DNA of 64,000 nucleotides from a virus, in IMG/VR virus record IMGVR_UViG_3300025395_000007. One strand, given 5' to 3'. The notes under the pieces were generated by a model. That model was given only the letters and a program-made list of their open reading frames with translations, was not told the origin of the DNA and ran no database searches. A program made the position numbers and the translations under genes. Each line of letters opens with the position of its first letter. Within the stretch, counting starts at the first letter, position 1. Positions 34,341-44,498 of this stretch are shown in pieces.

Positions 34341-34368
34341 AAAGGGGGGCTTCCGCTCCCCTTTTTTT
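34341..34368. terminator. Bidirectional terminator between convergent modules
   Basis: AAAGGGGGGC-TTCC-GCTCCCCTTTTTTT. Confidence 0.8.
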
Positions 34369-36556
34369 ATGAGAATTTTACGTTCTTAAGATCGTGTGGA
34401 TATGCACCTTTTAATTCAGCATACCATGATGGAGCAAATTCATTACCAAAGAATTTTTCAGTATTATGATCCATGCCAACTGCAGATCTTGATGGAGGTT
34501 GTCTATAATCATCTGGTGGTCTTGAACCTTCATTACCTCCAGTAGATTTCATAGAAGCTTCTCTAGCAAGTTCAGACATTGCTGTTTGCTCTACACCTCT
34601 TCTTGATAAATTTTCACCACGATCATGGCGGGTATCAACACGATATCCGCTTTCTTCATTATTACCACCACCAAGTAGCGATGAAAGTATATTAACACCA
34701 GCACCTATAAGACCGCCAGCTCCACCTCTACCACCAAGCATACTTTCCATCATACCCATAGGACCAGATTGAGCAAATCCAGCAGTACCTAATACACCGT
34801 GACCTATTTCGCCCTGACTAATTTTTCCTACATTACCAAGTTCTGGGAATGGTCCACCGCCACCGCCACCTTGACCTTGGTTAGCGAATCCAAAACTACC
34901 TTCATTTTGTCTTGGACCATGACCCTCTGAGGCAGCGCCACCGCCACCTCCTGCATACTGCCAATGCCATGGTTCTCTTGGAATATTACTGAATCCGAAT
35001 TTTCCTGCATTTTCTTGTAGCCATTTATTTTGTTTGCTGCCTTCTTGATTTGCACCGCCACCTAAATCAACAGCCAGACCCCAACCATGATTTGATGTTC
35101 CAGGAGTTGCAGCCAATCCGCCTTGAGAATATAAACCTTTTTGTTTTGCAAGTCTGAGTTGCTCATCATAAGTTCTATATGAATCTGTAACACTCCAAGA
35201 TATACCTTCAGATTTGGCAGCATCTAACATTTTCTTATATGCATCAGCGGCTTCTGGTTTTAATCTATGATTACCTTCACCGATAGATACTAATTCCGCA
35301 TCAGGTAAATTACCATTTCCACCTTGATCGCCACCTTGTGATAATTCACCACCACCTCTGCCCATCATAGGATTTGGTGCACTTACTTGTTCTCCACCAC
35401 TTTCTCTATTGTTACCGCCAGAAATAGGAGTTGTATCAGAACCATTAACTGATGGTGTATTGCCACCTTGTTGTGAAGGCGATGGAGGAACAGCTGTATT
35501 AGGTTGAGGTGTTACTGCACTAGCAACTTGAGTTTGCGTGGCGCCACCAGACATCTTTGAGTCTATCGAAGCTAATTTAGAACCATAATCGGGATCTGTA
35601 GCATAACCACTTTTAGATTGAGCAGCTATTGCTTCATCTATACTTTTAGCAGCCAGAACATCTTTATATCTTGGATTCTTCATTAAAAAATCAATATAAT
35701 CTCCAGCTGATTCTGAAGAATCTTTATATGATTTGAAATTTTGTTTTGTGTCAACCATTTTACCGTTGACAAATTCTTGTGTTCCTGCACTAACACTATC
35801 TGTATCATTTTTTCCAGCTTTGATACCAAAAGCATTATTACCAACCATATGTTGGCCATAACCAGTTTCAAGCGAAGTTTGTGTAGCCCCTAATTTGGCA
35901 ATAACTTCTGGATTTGGAACACCTTTTTCTTTTGCTGCTTTCAATAAAGAACTATACATTTTATCATAATATTCTTTTTGTTCTGCAGATGCAGGTTTAT
36001 TAGATTTTGCAGTTTCACCAGCTGGCGCACCACCTTTAGGTATTGTCGCTCCTGGCATGTTTTCGAAGCCAGTTTGCATTTTATTTTCTTTAGCTACCAT
36101 ATCGCCAGCAACTGTGCTAATACCTAAAGCACCTAGACCAACTTTTGCAGTATTAGAAATATTTAATTTACCACCAGTAGCTAAACCACCAATTTTTTGG
36201 AATAAACTGCCACTACTATTTCCTACATTAGAATTTTGATTACCTAATGATTGTATAGCAACAGCAAGATGTTGTAATTGTGTTATTACTTGATATTGCG
36301 CTTGTAAAGAAGCATTCAATATACTATTTGTTTGACTTAATTGTGAAGTAACACCTTGTTGACTATCAGAAAGAGCTTGCTGTATTTGTGGGCCAATACT
36401 TGATATTTGTTGTTTTTGAGAAGCAAATACATTGTGTACGTCTTTAAGAATTCGAGACATATTTTCATTGTGTTCATCTGCAGCTTCTCTGAAATTATTT
36501 GTTGCGGCATTCATACCGCTTGCTGCTTTTGCTATTTGACTTAGTTCATTTGCCAT
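34367..36556 (-). CDS. Baseplate/tail-associated dual peptidoglycan hydrolase (GH73 glucosaminidase plus M15B peptidase)
   Basis: Q..LETGYG...NNAFGIKA...YATDPDY (GH73); SYRTYDEQ...PGTSNHGWGLAVD...EPWHW (M15B); N-terminal coiled coil; next to gp51 and gp26. Confidence 0.85.
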   Translation of the reverse strand: MANELSQIAKAASGMNAATNNFREAADEHNENMSRILKDVHNVFASQKQQISSIGPQIQQALSDSQQGVTSQLSQTNSILNASLQAQYQVITQLQHLAVAIQSLGNQNSNVGNSSGSLFQKIGGLATGGKLNISNTAKVGLGALGISTVAGDMVAKENKMQTGFENMPGATIPKGGAPAGETAKSNKPASAEQKEYYDKMYSSLLKAAKEKGVPNPEVIAKLGATQTSLETGYGQHMVGNNAFGIKAGKNDTDSVSAGTQEFVNGKMVDTKQNFKSYKDSSESAGDYIDFLMKNPRYKDVLAAKSIDEAIAAQSKSGYATDPDYGSKLASIDSKMSGGATQTQVASAVTPQPNTAVPPSPSQQGGNTPSVNGSDTTPISGGNNRESGGEQVSAPNPMMGRGGGELSQGGDQGGNGNLPDAELVSIGEGNHRLKPEAADAYKKMLDAAKSEGISWSVTDSYRTYDEQLRLAKQKGLYSQGGLAATPGTSNHGWGLAVDLGGGANQEGSKQNKWLQENAGKFGFSNIPREPWHWQYAGGGGGAASEGHGPRQNEGSFGFANQGQGGGGGGPFPELGNVGKISQGEIGHGVLGTAGFAQSGPMGMMESMLGGRGGAGGLIGAGVNILSSLLGGGNNEESGYRVDTRHDRGENLSRRGVEQTAMSELAREASMKSTGGNEGSRPPDDYRQPPSRSAVGMDHNTEKFFGNEFAPSWYAELKGAYPHDLKNVKFS

Positions 36557-37086
36557 TAACTGCTACCGTTCATTTTTGCTAGTTTCTCTTGACCTCTAGT
36601 CCAGGCAGCTACACCGAGAATTGCTGCAAACGAAAGATGTATTAATCCACCATTTGATAATGTTAAAGGAACCCATGGCGAATAAGTAAATTGAACACCA
36701 AGTCCTTTATATATTACTGGTAAAAATATTGTAATTCCAGGAAATCCAATAAAATCCATAAAACAAATAGCCATATAAAGCCAGCCCATCGCTGGTCTCC
36801 AATATGCTTTTATCCAATGCTCTTCTGATTCTTTTAATTGTTCATCAACAACTTCTTTATCAATAGAAGTTTGTGCAAGCCCAACAGAAGCTTGAGCTTG
36901 TGCAGTGGCCATCTGCATTGTTTGGTTGTTTTGATTATTGTAGTTATTGTTCCCACCATTATTATTGTTATTATCAATAACTACGACAGAAGGTGGAGGA
37001 GCTACAGGTGTGGGTGTTGGAACAGCCACATTGCTGATATCAGGCGATGATGGAGGAGGAGCGTTAGGGTCTGCTCTAATTACCAT
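36556..37086 (-). CDS. Putative holin (GTA-type 3TM holin-like)
   Basis: WRPAMGWLYMAICFMDFIGFP...GGLIHLSFAAILGVAAWTRGQEK. Confidence 0.7.
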   Translation of the reverse strand: MVIRADPNAPPPSSPDISNVAVPTPTPVAPPPSVVVIDNNNNNGGNNNYNNQNNQTMQMATAQAQASVGLAQTSIDKEVVDEQLKESEEHWIKAYWRPAMGWLYMAICFMDFIGFPGITIFLPVIYKGLGVQFTYSPWVPLTLSNGGLIHLSFAAILGVAAWTRGQEKLAKMNGSS

Positions 37087-37264
37087 TTTGCTGTCTTTGT
37101 TTCGCTTCTTCTACTTCTCTTAGATAATTCATTAACATTTCGATATAAATGTCTCTTTCAAAAGGCATTAAATTTTCAATTTCACTAATGGAATATTTAT
37201 GATGCTGAGCCATTGAAAAAATTGTTGTAAAATAATTCTGTAAAGAATTATGACTCAGCGCCAA
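37076..37264 (-). CDS. 51: Baseplate hub assembly catalyst gp51-like
   Basis: NYF...FSMAQHHKYSISEIENLMPFERDIY. Confidence 0.85.
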   Translation of the reverse strand: MALSHNSLQNYFTTIFSMAQHHKYSISEIENLMPFERDIYIEMLMNYLREVEEAKQRQQNGN

Positions 37265-37962
37265 GTAAAAAAATCATTTAACGAATTTAATACGATTTTT
37301 CTTTCATTACCTTTTTTATTTGTGTAATTGATAGTGTGTTCTAGTTTAGGAACAGATAGTAGAAAATTCTGAATAGATTCAAAAGTTTTCATATCTAGAT
37401 TTTCTAAGAAATCTTCTAATTCTTGCTTCTTATAGTTTTTAGATTCATAAACACTATCACCATAATACATTTTATCAATACATCTGATGATCAATTCAAA
37501 CATATAGTTTTTATCTAATTTAAGAAATTCTTCATCATCATATAAAGATGCTGGAGGATACTTCATAACAATACCAGATTTATCTGTTATTTTAATATTA
37601 TTTTCTAAATTTTTAGGGTATATAATTTCTATATCATTTAAATCTACAGTAAATGTATAAGTTTCTTCGTCTTCAAAATCTTTATATGTTAGCTTTGCTA
37701 TGTTATCTACAGAAACAGCTCTGAGCTTTAGAAAGATATATTCTAAATCAAAAACGGCTAATTTGTTAATGTCTAACTTATCATCTGTGCAGCAATTATT
37801 AACAATCTGTTTGATTGCTGATAAAATCTCAGCTTGACTTTCGCTTTCTCTAGCCATGAGAAGTAGTTTTTCTTCTTTGACTAAAAATGGTCTAAATTTA
37901 TAAACCTTTTTCAGAGAAGGTATTTTGATATTATATAAAGGGTATTCAATTTTAGGTAACAT
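37255..37962 (-). CDS. 26: Baseplate hub subunit gp26
   Basis: MLPKI..P.Y, FRPFLVKEEKLLL, FDLEYIFLKLRAVSV, LNDFF. Confidence 0.92.
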   Translation of the reverse strand: MLPKIEYPLYNIKIPSLKKVYKFRPFLVKEEKLLLMARESESQAEILSAIKQIVNNCCTDDKLDINKLAVFDLEYIFLKLRAVSVDNIAKLTYKDFEDEETYTFTVDLNDIEIIYPKNLENNIKITDKSGIVMKYPPASLYDDEEFLKLDKNYMFELIIRCIDKMYYGDSVYESKNYKKQELEDFLENLDMKTFESIQNFLLSVPKLEHTINYTNKKGNERKIVLNSLNDFFTWR

Positions 37963-37981
37963 ATTGTAACTCCATTATGAA

Positions 37982-38686
37982 TTAATAGTTTATTAAACCT
38001 GTCGAAAGTGATAAATTATCTATTGCTTCTTGTGATATTGATGATTGTTGACTAGCAGAAGGTGTTGTAACCTCCGAACTTTCAATTGTATATTCTGTGT
38101 ATGCAATGCCAAGATTTAATCTTAAAAGATTTCCTTGATCTGCCCAATTTAAATTTACTTCTCTCATTGAAGTCGGGAATGCTTCAAATAGATTAATTTC
38201 TTGAATTTTTTTACCAAAAATATCATACATTATAATTTGAATGGTTGTAGAATATTGATCTTTATATTCTGCAGTATATGATGGTATTTTGTTGGCTCTA
38301 CCGCCAGAACGGGCAGAAGAAGTTCCAGTAAATTCATATATTCCTCTTAACCAATTGTGCCAAAACTGCCACATATTACCGTAGCCGTCAGAGATCAAAG
38401 AAATACTTGTTTCTGAAAATTGAGCATTCATAGGTTGTTTCTGGGTTGGACCAACGCCATAGTGGTTAACGTCTGCATTGATTAATGTTATGCCAGGAGT
38501 TCTTATAGATTCTGCTCTGAATGATATATCTGCTGCTATATTATTGATCGAAGTACTAGATCCAGTATTATTAATAAAGGAATTGAATAGAATCGGCGGT
38601 GGGTTGAGAACAACTTTAAAACGGTTATTTGTTAAATAACCGCTCGCTGAAATATTAGTTTTAAAATTAACTATATTAAATGGCAT
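37982..38686 (-). CDS. 54: Baseplate tail-tube initiator gp54-like
   Basis: Tube-fold pattern N.F.V, PG, EAFP.S.....L.W; synteny. Confidence 0.7.
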   Translation of the reverse strand: MPFNIVNFKTNISASGYLTNNRFKVVLNPPPILFNSFINNTGSSTSINNIAADISFRAESIRTPGITLINADVNHYGVGPTQKQPMNAQFSETSISLISDGYGNMWQFWHNWLRGIYEFTGTSSARSGGRANKIPSYTAEYKDQYSTTIQIIMYDIFGKKIQEINLFEAFPTSMREVNLNWADQGNLLRLNLGIAYTEYTIESSEVTTPSASQQSSISQEAIDNLSLSTGLINY

Positions 38687-38694
38687 TTCTATTC

Positions 38695-39294
38695 CTAGTA
38701 AGGTGGCGATGCTTTAGAAGAATATCTTCTATCTGGATTTATTTTCCACATTTGCATTGGTAATAGCAATGCTTTATCCCAGTCCTTTGGGTTAACATAT
38801 TGAAATGCACTTTTTACATGACCATATAGGTATCTTTTAACACAATTTTCAAACCCAGAGAATTTCGTAGAAGATTGTTTTAGAACATTATACGAAATAT
38901 TAAGTTTGGTCGAATTATTGTATTTATCATTATTTGCGATAGTATGTAAAGCGTTCATCAAACCAGCTCGCGCTTGTGGTGGTAAATAATGAAGGTTAAT
39001 TGCTAGAAATCCACTGGTGGAGAAATCTAATGGAAACACAAGAGGAAACATATCATAAAAAGGTAATGTTGCTTTAAACTTAGGGTCATAAACAAACATA
39101 AACATTTTACCGATTTGAGGGACACCAACATTCTTAAAGATTTTAAATGGGTCGGCGGTTTCCATTATTTGTTCTTGATTAACTTGATCTTTATTGATAT
39201 TCATGGCCTGATCGCGATACCAAGCTTGAGCTTCTTGTGTATCGCTGAAAGAAACGCTTTTAGCAGCCTGATTTATTTGTTGGAAAAGATACAT
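38695..39294 (-). CDS. 2: DNA end protector gp2
   Basis: GKMFMFVYDPKFK..LPFYD.FPL, INLHYLPP, CVKRYL..HV. Confidence 0.92.
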   Translation of the reverse strand: MYLFQQINQAAKSVSFSDTQEAQAWYRDQAMNINKDQVNQEQIMETADPFKIFKNVGVPQIGKMFMFVYDPKFKATLPFYDMFPLVFPLDFSTSGFLAINLHYLPPQARAGLMNALHTIANNDKYNNSTKLNISYNVLKQSSTKFSGFENCVKRYLYGHVKSAFQYVNPKDWDKALLLPMQMWKINPDRRYSSKASPPY

Positions 39295-39746
39295 TAATAC
39301 GTAATTCCTAATTCTTTTTCAGTAAAAATAACAAACTTCCATCCTCTATCTTTACAATATTCGGATGCAGCTTTCCACTTAGCTTCATTAATTCCCCATG
39401 TTTTAACTTCTGTAAGATATCTTTTTGTCATCTTTTGTTGCCTAACAGGGGGGTTTACTTGTTTAGCTGGTTTGACTTCAATTATAACAGTTTCTTTTAC
39501 ACTATCCTTATTTATTTTAGTTACAATAAAATCAGGATAATATCTATGTATTTTTCCATCTATAGGTGATCTATAATGTATAATAATCTCTTCAGATCCC
39601 CATGAAAGGATCTGTTTATCCTCGTCCAATCTCAACATTAATTTAAGTTCCCATCCAGAACGATAAATAATGTTGGTAGGATCACCTTTGTATTTTTGTG
39701 GATTTTTGGGTTTAAAGTACCCTTGATATAATTTCATCTTCACCAT
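39294..39746 (-). CDS. 4: Head completion nuclease gp4
   Basis: YQGYFKPKNP.KYKGD...IIYRSGWE, HRYYPDF, IEVKP, NEAKW.AA. Confidence 0.94.
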   Translation of the reverse strand: MVKMKLYQGYFKPKNPQKYKGDPTNIIYRSGWELKLMLRLDEDKQILSWGSEEIIIHYRSPIDGKIHRYYPDFIVTKINKDSVKETVIIEVKPAKQVNPPVRQQKMTKRYLTEVKTWGINEAKWKAASEYCKDRGWKFVIFTEKELGITY

Positions 39747-39793
39747 TTATAATAAATATTCTTCTAATATTTAGCCGATTCTAAGGAACATAA

Positions 39794-40567
39794 ATGCCAA
39801 TACCATCGAAGCCCTCTGGAGGATTTAAAAGTTATAGTTTTCCAGGAGATCTTGTAACAGCAGATCGAGGTAATGTATTCTACACACAAATTTATTTTAC
39901 ATCATACAGTAATCAATTTAATAGTACTCTTTCTTTAGCGGGTGATATTTTACCTAATTTTTTACAAACTGGTCCTACTATAACTGCTTCTGGTGGATTT
40001 AGTTTGCCATTGCCTAATAAAATTAATGAAGTTCAAACTGTTACATGGGAAGCTGCTGATGCAGTTTCTCAAGCAATGTCTTTGGCTCAAGGTGCGGCTG
40101 GTGCAGTTTCTGCCAGAGCTGGTAATATTCTTAATAATATTGCAAGTGTATCTGGTAGTGTTGGAGAGTTTGGTGGCGCCGAAACAGGCAAAGCTCTTAA
40201 TCCCCAATTGTATATGCTCTTCAAATCTCCTAATTTCAAAGAACATCAATTTTCTTGGACATTTACTCCAAATAATGAAAAAGAATCGAATGAATTAAAT
40301 GATATTATCAATTATCTAAAAAAATATTCTTTACCAAGTAAATCAGGAAATTTTCTTTATAATTACCCTTCAATTGCTATGATACAATTCAAACCAAATG
40401 ATGCATTTGCATTTAAAATTAAACCGTGTGCATTGGTTTCTGTTAACGTTGACTACAGTGGTGGGGGTAGACCTTCGTTTTTTAAAAATGGTGCACCAAC
40501 TGTTGTTAATCTTGGTTTAGCATTTAAAGAGATAGAACTTTGGACTCAAGATAATTATAATAAATAA
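39794..40567 (+). CDS. 48: Baseplate tail-tube cap gp48
   Basis: LPLP, NP....F..P.F..H.FSW.F.P....E, C.L..V.VDY, L.F.E.E. Confidence 0.85.
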   Translation: MPIPSKPSGGFKSYSFPGDLVTADRGNVFYTQIYFTSYSNQFNSTLSLAGDILPNFLQTGPTITASGGFSLPLPNKINEVQTVTWEAADAVSQAMSLAQGAAGAVSARAGNILNNIASVSGSVGEFGGAETGKALNPQLYMLFKSPNFKEHQFSWTFTPNNEKESNELNDIINYLKKYSLPSKSGNFLYNYPSIAMIQFKPNDAFAFKIKPCALVSVNVDYSGGGRPSFFKNGAPTVVNLGLAFKEIELWTQDNYNK

Positions 40568-40575
40568 GGTATTAA

Positions 40576-41469
40576 ATGGCTCAGGATAAATATTTCGATA
40601 AATTTCCAATAGTTCAATATGGCAATTCAGCATCAAATAATACGGTTGTTGATATTACTAAACGTGTGACTTTTTTAGATGTCGTATATAATAATCCATA
40701 TGTATTTTATCCATACGATCTTACAGATTTTGAAAGACCAGATCAGTTCAGTTATCGTTATTATAATGACCAGTATAAAAGTTGGATACTATATCTTTCA
40801 AATAAAATTACTGATCCTTATTATGGGTGGTATTTACCACAAGACGAATTTGATAATTTTGTAATCGCAAAATATGGTTCAGTCGATTTAGCATCTTCTA
40901 AAATAAAATATTATGTTAATAATTGGCCTGACCAAGAAAATATAAGCACATCTAGATATAATTCTTTAACTCCTGGCCAACAAAGTTATTGGCAACCTGT
41001 TTATGGTTTCAATAACAATATAATGTCATACTCTGCAAAACAAATCGATTGGACAGTTACTACCAATCAAATGGTTTCTTATTCTGTAGGAAATACAAAT
41101 TTTAATATCGATGAAATAGTTAATGTTGTATTTGATAATAATGATACTGGTCAAGGACAAGTTGTAGCGGCTGCTAATGGTGTATTGTATATTCAGCATA
41201 CATCAGGTACTACCCTTGCGAACGGTGGTGTGACTATAGCTAACACTAGTTATATTTACGGAACAGAATCAAATGTGAATACTATTTTTACCTCTGCTTC
41301 GTTGATAACAACTACAATTGATCCCGCTGAACAAACTTATTGGGTTCCTGTTACATATTATGATTACGAAAATCAAAAAAATGAATATAATAAAACGATT
41401 CAGGTTTTAGATAGCACTTATTCCACTGTTATAGTAAATAACATAAAAACATTATTGAGTAATACCTAA
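40576..41469 (+). CDS. 53: Baseplate wedge subunit gp53
   Basis: YFDKFP..Y, ERPD......Y......W...L.N.I.DPY..W, YDYE...NE. Confidence 0.88.
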   Translation: MAQDKYFDKFPIVQYGNSASNNTVVDITKRVTFLDVVYNNPYVFYPYDLTDFERPDQFSYRYYNDQYKSWILYLSNKITDPYYGWYLPQDEFDNFVIAKYGSVDLASSKIKYYVNNWPDQENISTSRYNSLTPGQQSYWQPVYGFNNNIMSYSAKQIDWTVTTNQMVSYSVGNTNFNIDEIVNVVFDNNDTGQGQVVAAANGVLYIQHTSGTTLANGGVTIANTSYIYGTESNVNTIFTSASLITTTIDPAEQTYWVPVTYYDYENQKNEYNKTIQVLDSTYSTVIVNNIKTLLSNT

Positions 41470-42704
41470 TGCCAATTGGTGATATTAATTTTCAAACCTT
41501 TACTATAGGCAGTTTAGATGTCAACGATTCAACAGCTATTGGGCTTGTTGGTCTTAACATATATGAAGACATATTAAATCCTTTAGGTCCAGTTGGTGAA
41601 GCTAGATTAAATGACTTCAATGACGCTGTTGGTAAATCTAATATTAATGGTAAAGAAGATGTTACCATTAGTTTTTCATGCGATCAGGGCGGTGGATCTG
41701 CTAGTTTTAAATTTAAACTAATGAAAAATACAAATGGCAATGATGGTTCTATGGAATCAAAAGGTTCTGGCCATAGTAAAAGATCTGACTTTAGATTTGT
41801 AAGCCCAGAACTATTAGCTTCCCAAGGTAATTTTATATCAAAGAGTTATAATACACAAACCAGTGAAATGGTTAAAAATATGTTAACTGATTTTTTAAAA
41901 ACAGATAAATCAGTTGATATTCAAGAGCAAACAAAAGGTAATCGTAGATTAGTATTTCATAATGAACATTTTGCAGACGCTTATAAAAAATTAAATCACG
42001 AGCATGTTTCTTCTTCTCATGAATCTTCATGTTATGTTCTTTTTGTTCAGGGCGGTAGCTCTCCAAAATATGTGTTCTCTACATATGAACAATTATTTGA
42101 ACAAAGTCCAGTTACAAAATTAACACAATCTACAACTTTAGCGACTGGTAATATATCAGATAAAACTAAACAAAATTCAATGATTTGGTTTAAGCCATCA
42201 GATACTTTTTTTACACCAGCTCGTTCGTTAACAAAACCAAATGAAAAAACATATAATTTAACAACTGGTAAAGCCCATTCGGTACCACCGCAACAACCGC
42301 CATCTTTTAAATTTGCAGATGGTCAGGGTGTATTTACTACACCACCTTCAAGCGCAAATGGTGTACCTTCACATACTGTTAATGATCCTTCTAATAATAA
42401 AGATGATCCTTCTGTTTCTACTGCAAGAAAAAATAGAGCTGCTTTTCTAGCTTTCCTTTCTCAAAATTCAGCTGAATTAGAAATACCTGGAAATCCAGAA
42501 ATTACTCTTGGTAGTATGATTGAATTAGATGTTCCTAAAAAAGCCAATCAAGATACAGAACAAGGCGAATCTCAAATTAATGGTAAAGCTTTAGTTGTTT
42601 CTATTAGACACAAAATTAAACCTCTAGGCCAAACACCTAGATATACAATGGTACTAAGAGTAGTTAAAGGTTCTTATAAACAAGGTGGTGGTGGTAATGG
42701 GTGA
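41469..42704 (+). CDS. Baseplate hub protein (gp27-like)
   Basis: IYEDI...., ISKSY, IPG...ITLG.MI, G..LV..IRH; lies between 53 and 5. Confidence 0.65.
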   Translation: MPIGDINFQTFTIGSLDVNDSTAIGLVGLNIYEDILNPLGPVGEARLNDFNDAVGKSNINGKEDVTISFSCDQGGGSASFKFKLMKNTNGNDGSMESKGSGHSKRSDFRFVSPELLASQGNFISKSYNTQTSEMVKNMLTDFLKTDKSVDIQEQTKGNRRLVFHNEHFADAYKKLNHEHVSSSHESSCYVLFVQGGSSPKYVFSTYEQLFEQSPVTKLTQSTTLATGNISDKTKQNSMIWFKPSDTFFTPARSLTKPNEKTYNLTTGKAHSVPPQQPPSFKFADGQGVFTTPPSSANGVPSHTVNDPSNNKDDPSVSTARKNRAAFLAFLSQNSAELEIPGNPEITLGSMIELDVPKKANQDTEQGESQINGKALVVSIRHKIKPLGQTPRYTMVLRVVKGSYKQGGGGNG

Positions 42705-42996
42705 TTTATACGCTGCAGAAGTGAGAAATATCATGGACCCTTTGAAATCGGGTAGAGTTCAAGTAAGAGTATATGGCCATCATGACGATGAAAATTCTGT
42801 TAAAGATGCTGATTTGCCATGGGCATTACCTTTACAGCCAGTAACTTCTGCCGCCACAGGTAAAGTTGGAACTGTACCTGTTGGATTATTAGTAGGTTCG
42901 AGAGTTGTGATTACATATTTACACAGTGATACCGCAGAGCAATATCCAATTATACTTGGATCTTTTGCTCGTGGTGCATTGCCAGCTGGAGGATAA
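42697..42996 (+). CDS. 5: Stand-alone gp5 N-terminal OB-fold
   Basis: DPLKSGRVQVRVYGHH...DLPWA...P...A...G.....G...GSRV......Q.PIILGS. Confidence 0.88.
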   Translation: MGDLYAAEVRNIMDPLKSGRVQVRVYGHHDDENSVKDADLPWALPLQPVTSAATGKVGTVPVGLLVGSRVVITYLHSDTAEQYPIILGSFARGALPAGG

Positions 42997-42997
42997 A

Positions 42998-44497
42998 ATG
43001 TCTATAGATACAGGGCCAGATAAAGGTGCAGGTAAAGCATTATTAGATATTATTAGTTTTGGTATTGATACTTTTGGATCTAAAGAAACGCATAAATTAG
43101 CACCTAATAATCCTAAAGTAGGTGGTAAACCTGTTGATACTAATCCAAAATATAATAATGCACCTGCAGTAAAAAATGATGCAGGTCAACCTGCAGTTTC
43201 GACATCGCGTTCGCAAAATGCACCAAACGCAGATAATCCAACTGTTGCTTCTGCTCCTGCAAATATGAAATTGCCAGACGCTTTAGCAAAGGTCGATCCA
43301 AAATCTGTAGCTGCTTCATTAAAAAATATGATGAGTTTACTTAACCTCGTTAAGAGCGTTATGAATAGTGCAAGTAGTCATTCTCAAACTAAATCTGTAA
43401 CAAAAGGTTTTTCTGGCGCTCTTTCTATTCTTGCGAACAAATATGGTTACAGTAAAGTTATAACAGCTTTTGATATAGCGTTAGAAAATAATGGTATTAA
43501 TCAAATTGAACCTGATTACCAAACTATTGTTAAAGAAGGTATATCTAACTTAATTCAGCAAGTTATGGTTTTCGGCGAAGATAAAATACCAGCTCCAGTT
43601 ATACCTCCAATTGTGTATGGTACAGTATTACCGCCAGCAAATTTGATAGTTTATTTTGCCAAAGTTCCTAACCTATATGTACAGCAATATTATTCATCAA
43701 CCAGCGATCCATATCCTGGGTATATTCAGTGGCTAGGACCAAATGGTGATTATCTATATTCTTTAAGACTATCGTATCAATATCCATATGCTTCTGCAGA
43801 TGAAGAAATATTATCAACTTCCCAGTTAGAAATAGCGGCTGCTTTTGATCCATATATTTTAAATAATAAACCTATTCCTATTTTTATTACACCTACCATA
43901 ATAAATACTGTTTTGGATATAGCAAGCGCGAATGTTCAAAAAAACGGTATGGAAAAAAATATGGGTAATGGCTCATCTGTTAATATAATGAGCTTATTAC
44001 CAGAATTGATGGGTATTGCTGGTACTACTTTAAATGTTTCGCAAACTTTACATTTACCAAACTCTGTTTTAAATCAAAGCACAGTTTCTGATTCGTTACA
44101 GAAATTTGCGACTAATATTTCTATGGCTAAATTAATGCAATCTAAATCTGCAGGAGCTTTTAATATTCCATCAGCGCTGAGTAGCCTTACAAATATTGCA
44201 TCACTGGCAGGAGCTTTAGGTTCATTGGGAATTTCTATACCAAGTTTAGCTGCTGTAGCTGGCCTTACAGATATTAGTAGTTTGGGCGCTGTTGCAGATA
44301 TTACTAAGTTATTAGCTTCTTCTTCGAATGCGCTGAATCAATTGAATTCACTTGGTATATCTCCTTCTGGATTGGCATATGATGCGTATACAGCTGCTGG
44401 AGCTACTTCGGCTTCTATAGCTCTTGGCTTACAACATTCTAATGTTTCTTCAGATGCTATTTTAGTGACTGAAAGCATATTAAATAAGGTATTGTGA
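42998..44497 (+). CDS. Unknown structural protein lying between the two gp5 halves
   Basis: 499-aa ORF coupled to both neighbours; Ala/Ser/Leu/Gly-rich hydrophobic C-terminus. Confidence 0.7.
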   Translation: MSIDTGPDKGAGKALLDIISFGIDTFGSKETHKLAPNNPKVGGKPVDTNPKYNNAPAVKNDAGQPAVSTSRSQNAPNADNPTVASAPANMKLPDALAKVDPKSVAASLKNMMSLLNLVKSVMNSASSHSQTKSVTKGFSGALSILANKYGYSKVITAFDIALENNGINQIEPDYQTIVKEGISNLIQQVMVFGEDKIPAPVIPPIVYGTVLPPANLIVYFAKVPNLYVQQYYSSTSDPYPGYIQWLGPNGDYLYSLRLSYQYPYASADEEILSTSQLEIAAAFDPYILNNKPIPIFITPTIINTVLDIASANVQKNGMEKNMGNGSSVNIMSLLPELMGIAGTTLNVSQTLHLPNSVLNQSTVSDSLQKFATNISMAKLMQSKSAGAFNIPSALSSLTNIASLAGALGSLGISIPSLAAVAGLTDISSLGAVADITKLLASSSNALNQLNSLGISPSGLAYDAYTAAGATSASIALGLQHSNVSSDAILVTESILNKVL

Positions 44498-44498
44498 A

